NCBI GenBank assembly: GCA_038496445.1
Contig: JALMLS010000268.1
Span: forward strand, 393,299-457,298
Source: Trichosphaerium sp. ATCC 40318
Taxonomy: Eukaryota > Protista > Tubulinea
Direction: 5' to 3'
DNA: 64,000 nt
Of the stretch, positions 1 to 12,173 are shown one piece after another; positions within the stretch are counted from its first letter, which is position 1; each line of letters begins with the position of its first letter. The position numbers and the translations under genes were made by a program. The notes under the pieces were generated by a model. It had not been told where the DNA came from. It worked only from the letters and a program-made list of their open reading frames with translations, and ran no database searches.

Positions 1-2680
1 GGTTTCGTAGTGGGTGATTGTGTAGTCGGTGGATTTGTCGTTGGTGCGTCTATTGTTGGAGGCACCGTGGTTGGAGGTACCGTGGTTGGTGGCAATGTTG
101 TTGGAGGCACCGTGGTTGGAGGCACCGTGGTTGGAGGCACCGTGGTTGGTGGCACCGTTGTTGGAGGCACCGTTGTTGGAGGCAATGTTGTTGGTGGCAA
201 TGTCGTTGGTGGTTTTGTTGTAGGTGGACGTGTGGTAGGAGGAAGAGTAGTTGGAGGTTCTGTAGTAGGTGGACGTGTGGTAGGCGCAAGTGTAGTTGGT
301 GGAAGCGTTGTGGGTGCTTTGGTAGGAGGAGATGTTGTGGGATTGAAAAACGGAGGCATAGTTGGTGTCGCTGTTGGGATCGCTACGGGTGCTATGCTTG
401 GTGGAATTATGAACTCGCAGTTGGTCACATGTTCGTATATTTCTAGTGCACCACTTTCGCTCCGAGAGATTGTGATATAACTGGTTGCTGCATCGTTGAA
501 GAGAATATCATAGATATAACCTACAAAAGCATTTTAGTTAAAACCTTATGTGGGTTTCAAAGAGTTGATAATGTACCTTCTTCACTATAAACAGGGATAG
601 GGGTTGTTGTGTTTTGAGGCTTCATAGCTATTGTACGAAGGTTTTGACCTATGCAAGATAATGTCATTACAACGTATGTCAAAAAACCAGGTTACCTGTT
701 CCGTTTGTATAAACCAAACATGGTAGTACTCTACTTGTAGCCCACAAACCCGAGTCCAGGCCCTTCTCCTCTACAAATATACCTATCCAACATATGAGTT
801 AATATTTACTAAGCTAAATCAATGAAAGTATGACAACTGCTAGCGTTAAGTTTTTGACATACCAGCAGTGCTCGTTATACCAGACTGAAGTTGTAGAGAT
901 GTCGAGTTTGTATCTGTAGCACTCCACCATAAGGTAAAATCGAGAGGCATCCGAGAAAGTTGAACTACTGTATTGAAACCATTGAATGTTTCACTAATAT
1001 CTGAAACTTTCGTCTGGAGTTCTGCCGTATAATCCTCTGGGATAGGAATACGTGCTTCAGATATAAACATCTCAAGTACAGCTGTAACAGGAGCAATATC
1101 ATCAGTGGCATTGCCAGACCCGTTATTGTTGCCAGTAGTGCTGGGCTCAAATGTAGTACTATTACCAGCACTTGGAGCAGGGCTGTTAGTACTATTACCA
1201 GTACTTGGAGTAGGGCTGTTAGTGGTATTACTAGCACTTGGAGCAGGGCTGTTAGTACTATTACCAGCACTTGGAGTAGGGCTATTAGTACTATTACCAG
1301 TTGGATTAGTGGTGCTATTGTCAGCAAACTGAGCTATAATGACAACACTAAAATAACTGTAAAAATATCATTGTTTATAGCTCTAAAAGTGAAGTTATTA
1401 GTATTAATTGTACGTACGTGTTGATGGCAACTTTACCAAGGAATAATTGTTTACCATCCCAGCGATCATCCTCAGTGTCGACAAGTTTTACCATGTCAGC
1501 TCCGTCGGTTTCTGTAGAGCAAACAGCGTCAAAAGGACCTTCTTTAGGGCCTACAGAGAATACTATGTATGTTTCAACAGCTGTTACTGCTAAGCCCAAT
1601 CCCGAAATGCCGTCTGGTTCTCTGCTGCAGTTATTGAGGTCAATCTAATAGAGTAAGTTTATATCACGTGGCGACCTCAAAACAAAAAGAAAAAAATCTA
1701 AATTTTTGTACGTTTAGGGTTGTAGGCAATATATTGCCGTCATCATCTGTGTCATAATTTTCTAAATCTATTACGTTTATTTCGTTGTTATAATTAACAT
1801 AGTAAATTGTTAAGTTGTCCAAAATAAGAAAGTCTCCACTAAAAAAAGAAACAAAGTCAAACATAAGACTGATTTTAACTACTGCGCACCCCCAATCTGT
1901 TACAAGTGTAGCATCGTTTGTCTCATTTGTATTGAGGAATATTTCAGATCCCTCACTAATGATAGCAGCTGGAAAACTAACAAAGATGTGGATATTTAGG
2001 TTAAAATCACTCAAGCCTTCACCTACAAAAAACATTATAATTAGAAAAAGGGTTTGAAGTTTCCGCAATCACGTGCGTATTACTTCATCAGTATCTGTCA
2101 TATAGTTGAGTTTGTGTAGTGTATAATCACCTTCTACATTTGCGAAATAGTATATGGTGTGTGAAAAAGAAGACAGCCTTGCCTTGCCGTGTGCCTATTA
2201 TCGGAGAAAAAAAAAAAGTGAATTTCTAGTATAGTTCATGTTGGCAACTCAGGAAATGTGTTTAAATGAACGATTCAGTATTGACGTACTGTAGCGGCGC
2301 TGCTAGCGCTGGTTAGCTGTTCACTACAATTGGCGGAACAATTAAGATTTAGTTTATGCATTTCTTGAACGTTCTCGCTGGTGTAAAGAGTATGAATGAG
2401 ATATTGATTGTCTTCGTCCAGTACTGAACAGTTTGAGTCATCGAACAGCATAAAAAACGTACGGAATATCGATTCAGAAGCAGTATCGTTCATCCAATGC
2501 ACTTGGGACCTGCTAGCAAGCAAACGGGGCTAATTGCATGTCAACACGCCAATAATATCGTATAACGTCTCTCACGCCTAATATAGGCGAAAAGGAGCAT
2601 ATTTAAACGGATCTTACCTCATCCATTGCGTATGTGCCCAAAAACAAGACGCAGCATAGTACCAGATGCATTAATCGCAT
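1..2680 (-). CDS. Secreted mucin-like glycoprotein (multi-exon, 3' end outside window) with NST/NSP repeats and PTTxP repeats
   Basis: First exon MRLMHLVLCCVLFLGTYAMDE|gtaag (signal peptide). GT-AG exons join the ORFs at 2275-2523, 1664-2020, 1420-1640 and 850-1335. Tandem GNSTNSPAPSA repeats at ~1130-1320. PTTVP/PTTLP repeats at 1-350 on the minus strand. Confidence 0.7.
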
Positions 2681-2752
2681 CTAGAATCAATAATAATCAA
2701 TGAATATAAGAAACCGTAAATGGTTAGGTTCCAGAAAGCGTTTTACTGCTTT

Positions 2753-3939
2753 TTATGGGATTTTGGTTAAGTCAGTTTTCTACAATTTTATTTCTTTCCT
2801 GTTATACTCAAATAATTTACAGTATTTTGGAACTGGACCGTAGGCTTAAGTGTTCCTGGTAGTACTTCAACCAGTTCTCCTTGTTCCAACACTTGACGAT
2901 CAGCACGTCGTGCTTGATACTCAAAATCTGTGAAAATAAAATTAGGTAAATTTGGAAAAAAAATACTATGTTGGTACCTGAGAAGTCAGTGTTAGTCATC
3001 CCGAACTCAATGTAATCGAATATGACATTTTTAGTTCTGTAGAATGTATCACTGACTTGGCACATGAGTGAACCATCTGGTAGAGTTGTCATTGATAGAT
3101 CCCAACTAGCCGCTTCAATCTTTTTGAAAAAAACAGTTTAGCTTTTGACAATTTATTTTTAATAAACGTACAACTTCTGCAAGGTCTGCCTGCTCAAAAC
3201 CTTCAACACCACATACTATAGGAGAAGCGATATTAATGATATACATACACATTTTGGGTTCAGTTATCTTAGACAAGCCCCAATCCTAAAAACAGTGTCA
3301 ACGCTTTCTCCCGAAAAAAAAAAAGAAAAAAAAAAAGTAGAGCAAGTTAACTGACGTGACCACAATGAAATTCGAGTGTAGTTGAGCGTTTACGCTCTTT
3401 GCAGGCTGTGCCTTCACTATACAATTGTTTTCTATCAACAACCCTCTCGAATTTGCCCAAATGGTAGACATCATTTCCGTTTGTTTGTGTAATTTCGTTG
3501 TTAATGCAAACTTTGTACTTCCACGATGATTTTTGACCCTCCACACATCCCTGGCAACCAATTAAGATATTTTGACTTTCATTAAACCACGTGGCTACTC
3601 ACTGGGAATTGGCCTATTTCTTCCATTGCTTGAGCAGCCGTTTTTTCCACTTTGGCAACTAGCTTAGCCTTTTTTTGTTGTCAGAATTGGTTTTAAAGGT
3701 CTTTATGCTATACCTTGTCTGTGTGATATTTAAAGGTGCAAATAGGGCCGTCATTAGGCTATATCATGTTATGAGCGTATATTAGGGAGGCGTACTGCTT
3801 GTATTGACACAGAACTGGAATCATCTTGAGCAAGTATTGTAAAACCGCGATGATCACCTTTTGGCAGCTCTGCAACGCATACTGACGCGCATAGAAAAAC
3901 AACTAAAAAAACGTAAACGAATTTTATTTCTAAAACCAT
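2753..3939 (-). CDS. Secreted/ER protein with mannose-6-phosphate receptor homology (MRH) domain, OS-9/PRKCSH-like
   Basis: Signal peptide MVLEIKFVYVFLVVFLCASVCVA. Spliced WKYKVCINNEITQ..YHLGKF..YSEGTAC..RSTTLEFHCG..ITEPKMCMYIINIASPIVC fits the MRH Cys pattern and Q/R/E/Y residues. Confidence 0.7.
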
Positions 3940-4053
3940 TGGAGTCACCTAAGAGTACCAGCAAGCGCCCAGCCATTATATCAGGAATAGTGTTTGACTG
4001 TTTAGATGACTTGTTGCGACTTGTAATTTTAAATTACAGCAGTCACCGTTAGA

Positions 4054-5192
4054 ATGGCGTCTAAATTTTACTCAGCTGCTGTACAGGGCGATCTCGGTGC
4101 CATTGATCTACTTGAATCATCAAATGACCCCAAGGCTCTTGTTAACGAACTAGATCAAGATAATCACACTGCCCTCCATTGGGCAGCGCAAACAAACGTA
4201 CCAAAGCTGGCCTTACAAGTTTTACAACATGGCGCAAATGTAAGATCAAAAATACGCTAATTTGGCCGCTAAAAAGCCCGTAGGTTAATGCTTTGACTAT
4301 ACAAGGATTTACACCAATTTACATTGCCGCCAGGCGTGGACACACAGACATTGTAAAAATATTGCTTAACGCCAACGCAGATCTTTCAGTACTTGTGCGT
4401 CAACTATAACAAAAGCGGTTACCCTTTCTGTACCAAAACTAACCAAATATCACAAGGATGGCCATCATCAGACCGCCCTTCACCGTGTATGCGAGAACGG
4501 GTTCGAAAACATAGCTGCGCTCATGTTATCTGGCGGTGCCAACGCTAATATCAATCAACAAGATCTAATGGGCCGCACAGCGCTCCATTGGGCATGCTCA
4601 AAGTACAAATAGAGGCCCCTCTTTGCGTTTAAAAATCTGACATTTACGCTCATGTAGGGGTTTGACTGAAACGACTAAATTGTTGCTTGAGCGTGGCGCT
4701 GATATTTTAAAAACAAAAAGTGGTGAAACTCCTTTGCATTGGGCTTGTATAGGTACAGAATTTTGGAAACAGTTTTTGTTGTTGAGAAATTTGACAAGTT
4801 TTTGCTGAACCTACTGGCCTATAGGTAACCATGAGGAATCTGTATCTGCGTTGCTCAAGTTTAAACCAATGGTTAAAGTTTATGGAAAGAATGAGAGAGG
4901 AGAGTCACCATATGACTTGGCGCAAAAGAACATAAAAGACCTCTTAAAAAGTGCGTTTTTTTTGAAGAATTTTTTTCACGTTGTGATTTTTTTTTTTTGA
5001 ACACGTGACGTATAAATCGATTTTTGTAACATTCCTGATGTATTAATAGTGCACGCAAACTCCTTGGGAATTGAAGATGAACAAGAAGCAAAGATTAGTA
5101 ATACACAACACTCGACAGCAGTCAAAAAGTTAAAAGGAAAACCAAAAGCTAAAAAACTAAATATTAGTTTTAAAATGAAACCTAAAAAGTAA
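4054..5192 (+). CDS. Ankyrin repeat protein (multi-exon) with basic C-terminal tail
   Basis: TALHWAA, TPIYIAA, TALHRVC, TALHWAC and TPLHWAC motifs across GT-AG exons. Stop after KMKPKK. Confidence 0.85.
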
Positions 5193-6412
5193 ACACAAAT
5201 TCCTTCCCCTTTTTTTTTTTTTTTGAAGTTAGTTTTAAAAGGTAGTTCACTGAAAAGACGTTGGTTTTTATCTTTTAGCGCTGACTCACTCTCTACTGCA
5301 CCAGAGGTTTGCTTTATCACGAACCCCGACAACGGCGCTTATATTGACATGTAAGGAAATTGCTTACTTGCAATGTAAAACCAGGGTCGTTGTCGACAGT
5401 GTACTAACATCTTTTTTGTTACATTTTGCATAAAGTTCAGTAAGTAACTGTGGATTGATGACCACGTGGAACAAGGCGGTAGATAAACTCATATTGCACA
5501 GAATATCGTTACAGTTGATACATGTTCTAGTGGTACGCTACATGGAGTAAAGGTACTATTTATACGCCATTTGAACTTTTTTTTTGTAGAAAACCTAATG
5601 GTGAAGCGGTTGTTGGACAATGAACTATGAACTTGAGATTGTGCGTATATTACAAATCTATTGTTTAGAATGTGTTGTTATACAACTGTTGCCTTTCTCT
5701 CCTGTATGAACCGTACGCATACGTCACAATCCCAGATGAAAACCCGCAGACTGTTTTGCACAAATTAAATCTCGTCAATTACTTGACATATTTGCATGAC
5801 ACGCGCAAATACTTTTGAGATTATGGAACTACTATGGGACGTAGTGTAAATATTATCGTATTTCAAGGCAAACAAGGTGTAGACGCAGAATTAAGGTTTA
5901 AATTTTGAGGAAATATCTTTTTCTAGTCACTTTTTCAGAAACTGGAGTTACAAGAAAGACCTTTTATCAATTGACTGTGGATGTTTTAAACTTGGGTAGT
6001 AACAGCGAAACTTAACGAACTTTCCAATATTACGCGTGTCATTTAGATAGGTACTATCAAATGAAAACAATCTGCTGTGCCACTTTACAAGCTTAGGGAT
6101 TTCTCGTATTTCTATTTTTGTTTTTGTAATGACACGTGACGAAATAAAGTTTCGAGAAAATCTCGTGTTTCTCCTTAACTGGCTACGCTAAAACCAGGAA
6201 ATAGTATGCACCACATTCATAGCGCGTGATTGGCAAGGAAGTTTAAGGAGGTACTTTTTTTGCTTCTCTCACATATATTTAGTGATGTCTTAGACTTGAG
6301 ACAGCACAGTTGGTGAGAATGGCATTAGGAACTTCTCAATATTTTTAAAGCAAATCACAAGAACAGCAACCGTTACACAAGTTCACTTAGATGATTATAA
6401 AACAACAACAAA

Positions 6413-8021
6413 ATGCGGGGCAGCAACAACTCTTTTGTAATTACATTATTGTGCTTTTTAGCTATAGCATACTCGCAGAGTACGTGAACAATCTTTTTTG
6501 TATTGTAATAGCCTCACCTATTTTGCTTTTTAGACTCGTTCCCAACTCCATCATGTCCATCGGATAATTGGTCGCGTTGGTTAGTATCAATACAACACAC
6601 TCACAATCTTATTTCTAACAAAGTAAACAATAGGTTCAACGTTGATAGGCCTTCTGGAAACGGTGAGTACGAGTCAAGATTCAACCATGAGCGAATCCTT
6701 GGCCCCGTGTGTACGTCTGCTAAGCACCACAGCATCTTTTATGTATCTAACGAATGTTGAAGGCGCTACTGGTACTACTGCAGCCAATATACAGTGTGTC
6801 AATGTTGTTTCTGGTAGAGATTGGAGATCGTACCCTAATAATCCTTTCATAGTACCTTGTACTTTGGAAGGAGGTTTCCAGTGCAGGAACAGAGATATGG
6901 CTGTACTAGGCGTTAGGTTTTGTCCAAACATGCAAGTACGATACTGTTGTGAACCCGACGAAAGTAATACACCAACAACGATGCCTCCAACAACCCAACC
7001 TCCAACAACGGATCCTCCAACAACAGATCCTCCAACAACAATACCGCCAGGAACCATGTCTCCAATGGTACAATCTCCGACGACACTTCTCCCAACAACA
7101 CAACCGCCAACAAGTCTACCACCACGACCAACGCCACCAATGGTACCTACAACTATGCCGCCAACAACACAACCTCCAACAACGAATCCTCCAACAACAG
7201 AACCTCCAATCACAGAATCGCCAACAACGATATCACCAGGAACTTCTCCAACTGTACGATCCCCTGCAACACTACAGCCAACCACAGAACCTCCAACACG
7301 TCCACCAAGATCCACGTCACCAATGATACCAACAACCTTCCCTCCAACAACACAACCACCAACAACGAATCCTCCAACAACACAACCTCCAATAACAGAC
7401 CCGCCAACAACAATACCACCAGGAACCATGTCCCCAATGGCACAATCGCCATCAACAAATCTACCTACAACACAACCTCCGACCACTGAACCTCCTACAA
7501 CAAGACCACCTAGATCTTTGGCGCCAGTAGCACAACCTCCTACAACTATACCTCCAACAACACAACCACCAACAACAGATCCTCCAACGACACTACCACC
7601 AACAACGGATCCTCCGACAACAGATCCTCCAACAACAATACCACCAGGAACCATGCCTCCAATGGTACAATTGCCAACAACGCTATCCCCAACCACACAA
7701 CCGCCAACAAGTCTACCACCGCGACCAACGCCACCAATGGTACCAACAACCTTACCTCCAACGACACAACCTCCAACAACGAATCCTCCAACAACAGAAC
7801 CTCCAATAACAGAATCGCCAACAACGATACCACCAGGAACTTCTCCAACTGTACAATCCCCAATGACGCTATCTCCCACCACAGATCCTCCAACAACTCT
7901 ACCACCACGACCAACGCCACCAATGGTACCTACAACTATGCCGCCAACAACACAACCGCCAACAACGGATCCTCCAACAACGGATCCTCCTACATCGTTG
8001 CCACCAAACAGGGTCAAGTGA
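6413..8021 (+). CDS. Secreted mucin-like protein: signal peptide + CysD (Mucin2_WxxW-like) domain + long Pro/Thr repeat region
   Basis: ATG 6413 MRGSNNSFVITLLCFLAIAYSQ, 3 introns. Spliced CPSDNWSRWFNVDRPSGNGEYE..C..IQC..C..GGFQCRN..C.NMQVRYCC, then ~350 aa of PTTxP repeats. Confidence 0.8.
6970..8005 (+). repeat. Coding 15-bp-unit (PTTxP) tandem repeats with a higher-order duplication (~7024-7262 repeated at ~7621-7860)
   Basis: Direct comparison: ccaggaaccatg...ccaggaacttctccaactgta blocks recur about 597 bp apart. Confidence 0.85.
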
Positions 8022-8345
8022 AGGAAACAGTAGTCTGGGGTGTTTGAAACTAAACAATAAATAGATTATCATAACTTATTGTGTAACAGTTTTTATTCAG
8101 ACACAAATAAATAAAAGGGCTGCCGCAACTTCTTTTAGGTGTTTGATTACGTCGAGAATATTAGAGTTGACAGCTATCGACACCTTAGTAGGTGACAAAA
8201 CCAAGCAGTCATACGCTATGTTGTCAGATTAACCAAAGCGTAACCCTGTTCAACGTATCAGGTTTCCTATTGTGCACGTGTTGTAGTATGACTTAACTAC
8301 GAAACTTTTTAAGTGCGTGTTTTAACGTTTAATCGTGTTACAGTA

Positions 8346-10016
8346 ATGGAAGAGGCATTTCATCTACCAGGTGATGACATAGAGACTCCAAAAGGGCCGT
8401 TGTCCCTCACAACACAGCTAATTATGCTAATTGCGAAGAATACAAAAATATACGGCTCTCAAACTTTGTACGCGTCACTATTGGGCTGAACTGACGATAA
8501 AAAGCGCCGTACTGCCATCAACACTCCAAACGCGAATATTAGCTGAAGCTTGTAAAACTTGTCGAAAAGTAAACATAAATTGGTCACTCTTTTTTACTCC
8601 AAGCGTACAATCAGAAATATTCACCACGACCGCGCAATAATTCCTTGTAGGTAACAGAATTGTTTTTCTATGGACACGAGACGATAACTGATATTACATT
8701 CAGCGGTACATCCACGTGATTTCAGACAATTTTTTTTTCTTCAAAATAACTGAGTTTCGATTAGAGCTTGCTGAGCATGGCACCCAATTGACCAAGCTAA
8801 CTCTTATTAATGTGTCATTGAAGGTACTAATTGTATCAACAATTTTATAATTTACTGTGATGTTAAGGGCTTCACGGCTGTTTGTAGCGCCTGTACAGCA
8901 CTCCAAGATGTCAACTTGGAAGGTATGAAATTAATAGAATCTATACAGCTTCCTAATTGACTTATAGGTTGCTTGGATGTTAGTAATAATGATATAGTTG
9001 CACTTTCAACCAATTGTAAACAACTGAAAAGGTTATCACTTTCTTGTCTTAATGTGTTTGAAGGTAAGCAACAAACAACATCGCAAGACCAACTGATAAT
9101 TTTCTGTATAATATAGATAATACTGTGTTGGATACCATCATCACTTTAACAAATTTGGAGAGTCTTAATATTGCCAGTACAAGCATTAAAGATGAACAGT
9201 AAGTACACACTTTCTTGACTTTGTAGTTTTTATACTAATGAATTCTTACGCATAGGTTTGCTTTGATTGCTCAAAATCTGACTAATCTGCAAGAAATCAA
9301 CCTTTCAGATACTCCTATAAAATCTTTAGAGCCATTGGGTAGCTTAAAAAAACTATAGTATGTTGTGTTGGCTGACCAGAAATACACTAGCATTACATAC
9401 TAATTTTTTTACTTTTGTAGCTACATAAATTTGGCTTGGTGCATTTCTGATAGCTTTTCGCTAGCGCCCTTAGCTAATTGTCTAGAATTGAGATTCTTGA
9501 GTATCACTGGCATGGATACTGCAGAGCATGAGCAAGTTGTCTTTCAAAAATGTAAAAAGCTTCATACACTTGTACGTGATCTTGTTAATTGTTCAGTTAC
9601 CTAACAATCTATTCAATAGTTGGCAGCACAAGTAAAATTTCTATCAGATGAAAGCTATGAACTTATGAAGACACTTCCCTCATTGGCTCATTTGGGTATT
9701 GCAGAAAGCTCTATAACCGAAACAGGAATGCAACATGTACTTGGGATATCTACGTTAACCTTCCTTGTATGGCTCCAGTTCAAAGTAGTACCAATTATTG
9801 ACATAGTACTCTTAGGATATAGCAATACATCAAAGGTTTGAAGAGTCCACATTGCACAAATTCGCAAACCTAAAAAATATCAAAAAGTTGAGTATTGAGA
9901 ATGGCGAGTTGCGACATTATGTTCTCTCTACTGAAGAGAAGGATATCATCACCAACAGTATTCCCTCAAGCACATCTCTGAAGTGGATTGACAATAGCAA
10001 CTACTTCTATAATTAG
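8346..10016 (+). CDS. Leucine-rich repeat protein (multi-exon)
   Basis: Repeats LQDVNLEGC, LKRLSLSC, LESLNIAST, LQEINLSDT, LEILSITG and LAHLGIAES in GT-AG exons. Confidence 0.75.
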
Positions 10017-10271
10017 ACTTGTACCACAGCCCATTCATTGGCATTTGAACTTGCTATCAAATCTCAACAACATTACAGCTGTAATGCTCGAACTCCAAAT
10101 AAAATGGACCAGTATAAACTTGACAATGTCACGTGCTTATAATTTCACCAATTACACAAAAAGGGGTGTTCAGAAAATTGTACGAGACGGACAATTAGCA
10201 AAACGCCGCTTAGTCCTTCTTGTGCGTGCCTTAAAGTTTGTGCGTACTCTCCGTTTACACAACTACACACA

Positions 10272-11923
10272 ATGATGGGCTGGATGGCCACAGGGCCAAC
10301 TGCAGAAGATCTTTCTCCATCACCAAAGACGGTAATGGCATTTATGCTTTTCCCGGCCTGATAGCATTATTTTATTGACGTATATAACAGGTAGATGATT
10401 ATAAAGCGCTTGCGAAGAAAACGCTAACTGACCTACTTAAAATTAACGCAGAAGGTGCGCTATACCCTATAAATGCGCTTTTCGCAATGTAAATAAAGTA
10501 TAACACTCAAACAAAATGTAGACGATTGGGTTGAGCTACAACACAGTTACGAGGGTGTAGAATTGCTTGACAAGACAGTAGAGGGCGAACAAGTTGCTAC
10601 ACTGAAAACAAGTGGCACTTTGCCTTGTTCTCCAGCTGTACGTTCCAATTTATACCTAATTACGCTCAATTAAATTGTTTCGAACAACTTAAAGCATTAC
10701 GGACAATCTTTTGCCCTTTTTTTCTTTTCTGTCCTTTCGTTTTGAACTAAAACAAGTGATTATTGCAGGAGTTATATCACATTGTCGCTACAACCGACTC
10801 TAGTGAACGATTGAAATGGGATAAAGAATGCTTGCACGTATCTCTCATAGAAGGCACGTGCCATTTGTTGTTTGAACGTTTACCTTGTGTGCAACACGTG
10901 ATTGGATCCATGATTAATTAATCTAATTGTAGAAATAAGCGGAGACTTGATTGTTATTTACCAAACGTATGCTGCGCCATATCCCCTTCAGAACAGAGAT
11001 GTAGTTGGATTCCGTGATACAGTATTTAAAGACGATGGGAGTTATATCCTATACGGGTCTTCAACAAACCACGACAAGGTACAACACGCTGAACAATCCT
11101 GGAAAACTGACTTTGCATTTTTTATTGACTTTTGATTTGTAGAAACCTCTTGACCCAAATTTTACACGTGCTTTCGGATTATCGGCTTTCATTGTAAAAC
11201 CAATACCTGGTGCGTGGTTATGCAAGTGTTTATCTAAATTTATTAACATGGTAATCAAGGAGAACCTTTTAAATGTCATGCTACGCGCATTGTACGAGTA
11301 GACCCTATGGGCTCTATTCCAAAGATGTTTTTAGCTCTAGCCAAAACAACAATGGCTAAGCAGTACAAAGTAGTCGTAGACTACGTCAAAACAGAGTACG
11401 TTATCTAATACATTTACAAATACAGTAACATTAACAAACTGAATAGAATTGCACCAAACAGAAAACCTGGACAAGTTAAGACACTTCCAAGACGTGTTTC
11501 TAAAGGTATACATACGCCTGTTACGACGTTTGTTATTAACCACTTTTTTAACAGTTCTGGACGTGTCCCCTGAGGAATCAGATGACGAGGAATCGGATGA
11601 CGAGGAAACTAACTTGCTCAGCGTTTCGCAAACTATTGATGATGATGATGTCGGATGTGTTCCATGATCCACATGATGCTGATTTTGATGATCTCAAAAA
11701 GCACGGTCACCATGCCGAGAAGTTGACTAAAATTCAACATGTACTTGAAAGGCTAGAGGAGAACACAAGACATTTGAATGATCGTATGCTGGCTTTAGAA
11801 AAGGGTAAAAAATTAGGTGGAAAAAAATCGACAGAAGTCATTTCTTGGACTTATGTTGCTATGGCTGCACTACCTTTTGTTGTATATGGAGCATATAAGA
11901 TGCTACAACAAGCAAAGAAGTAG
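10272..11923 (+). CDS. START lipid-transfer domain protein with acidic linker, coiled coil and C-terminal membrane anchor
   Basis: RLKWDKEC, YQTYAAPYPLQNRDVV and VRVDPMGSIPK START motifs. Hydrophobic tail WTYVAMAALPFVVYGAY. Confidence 0.85.
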
Positions 11924-12173
11924 CGTGCATGCTTGGCGTACATTTTTTCCTCCAAAGAGCCCGGCTAAGGCTAAGTATCAACAACCCTTGTATCTTGTAA
12001 AAAGTATATTACTTATTGTAGAAAAATGCCTTATGTTTCACTCTCGTTCACTATTTACATGTAATCAAGGTTATGCACTAAGAGACATATAATCACTTGA
12101 TTATAATAAGAAATATAAAATACCCAATCACGTGGAGATAGTGTTTTGGTGAAACAACTTCTATTTTATTGAA

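Noticed and set aside
10-480. Val/Gly-rich plus-strand ORFs (also 6674-8017 minus)
   Set aside because: Antisense shadows of Pro/Thr mucin repeats; CCA/ACA-rich codons give no stops on the opposite strand.
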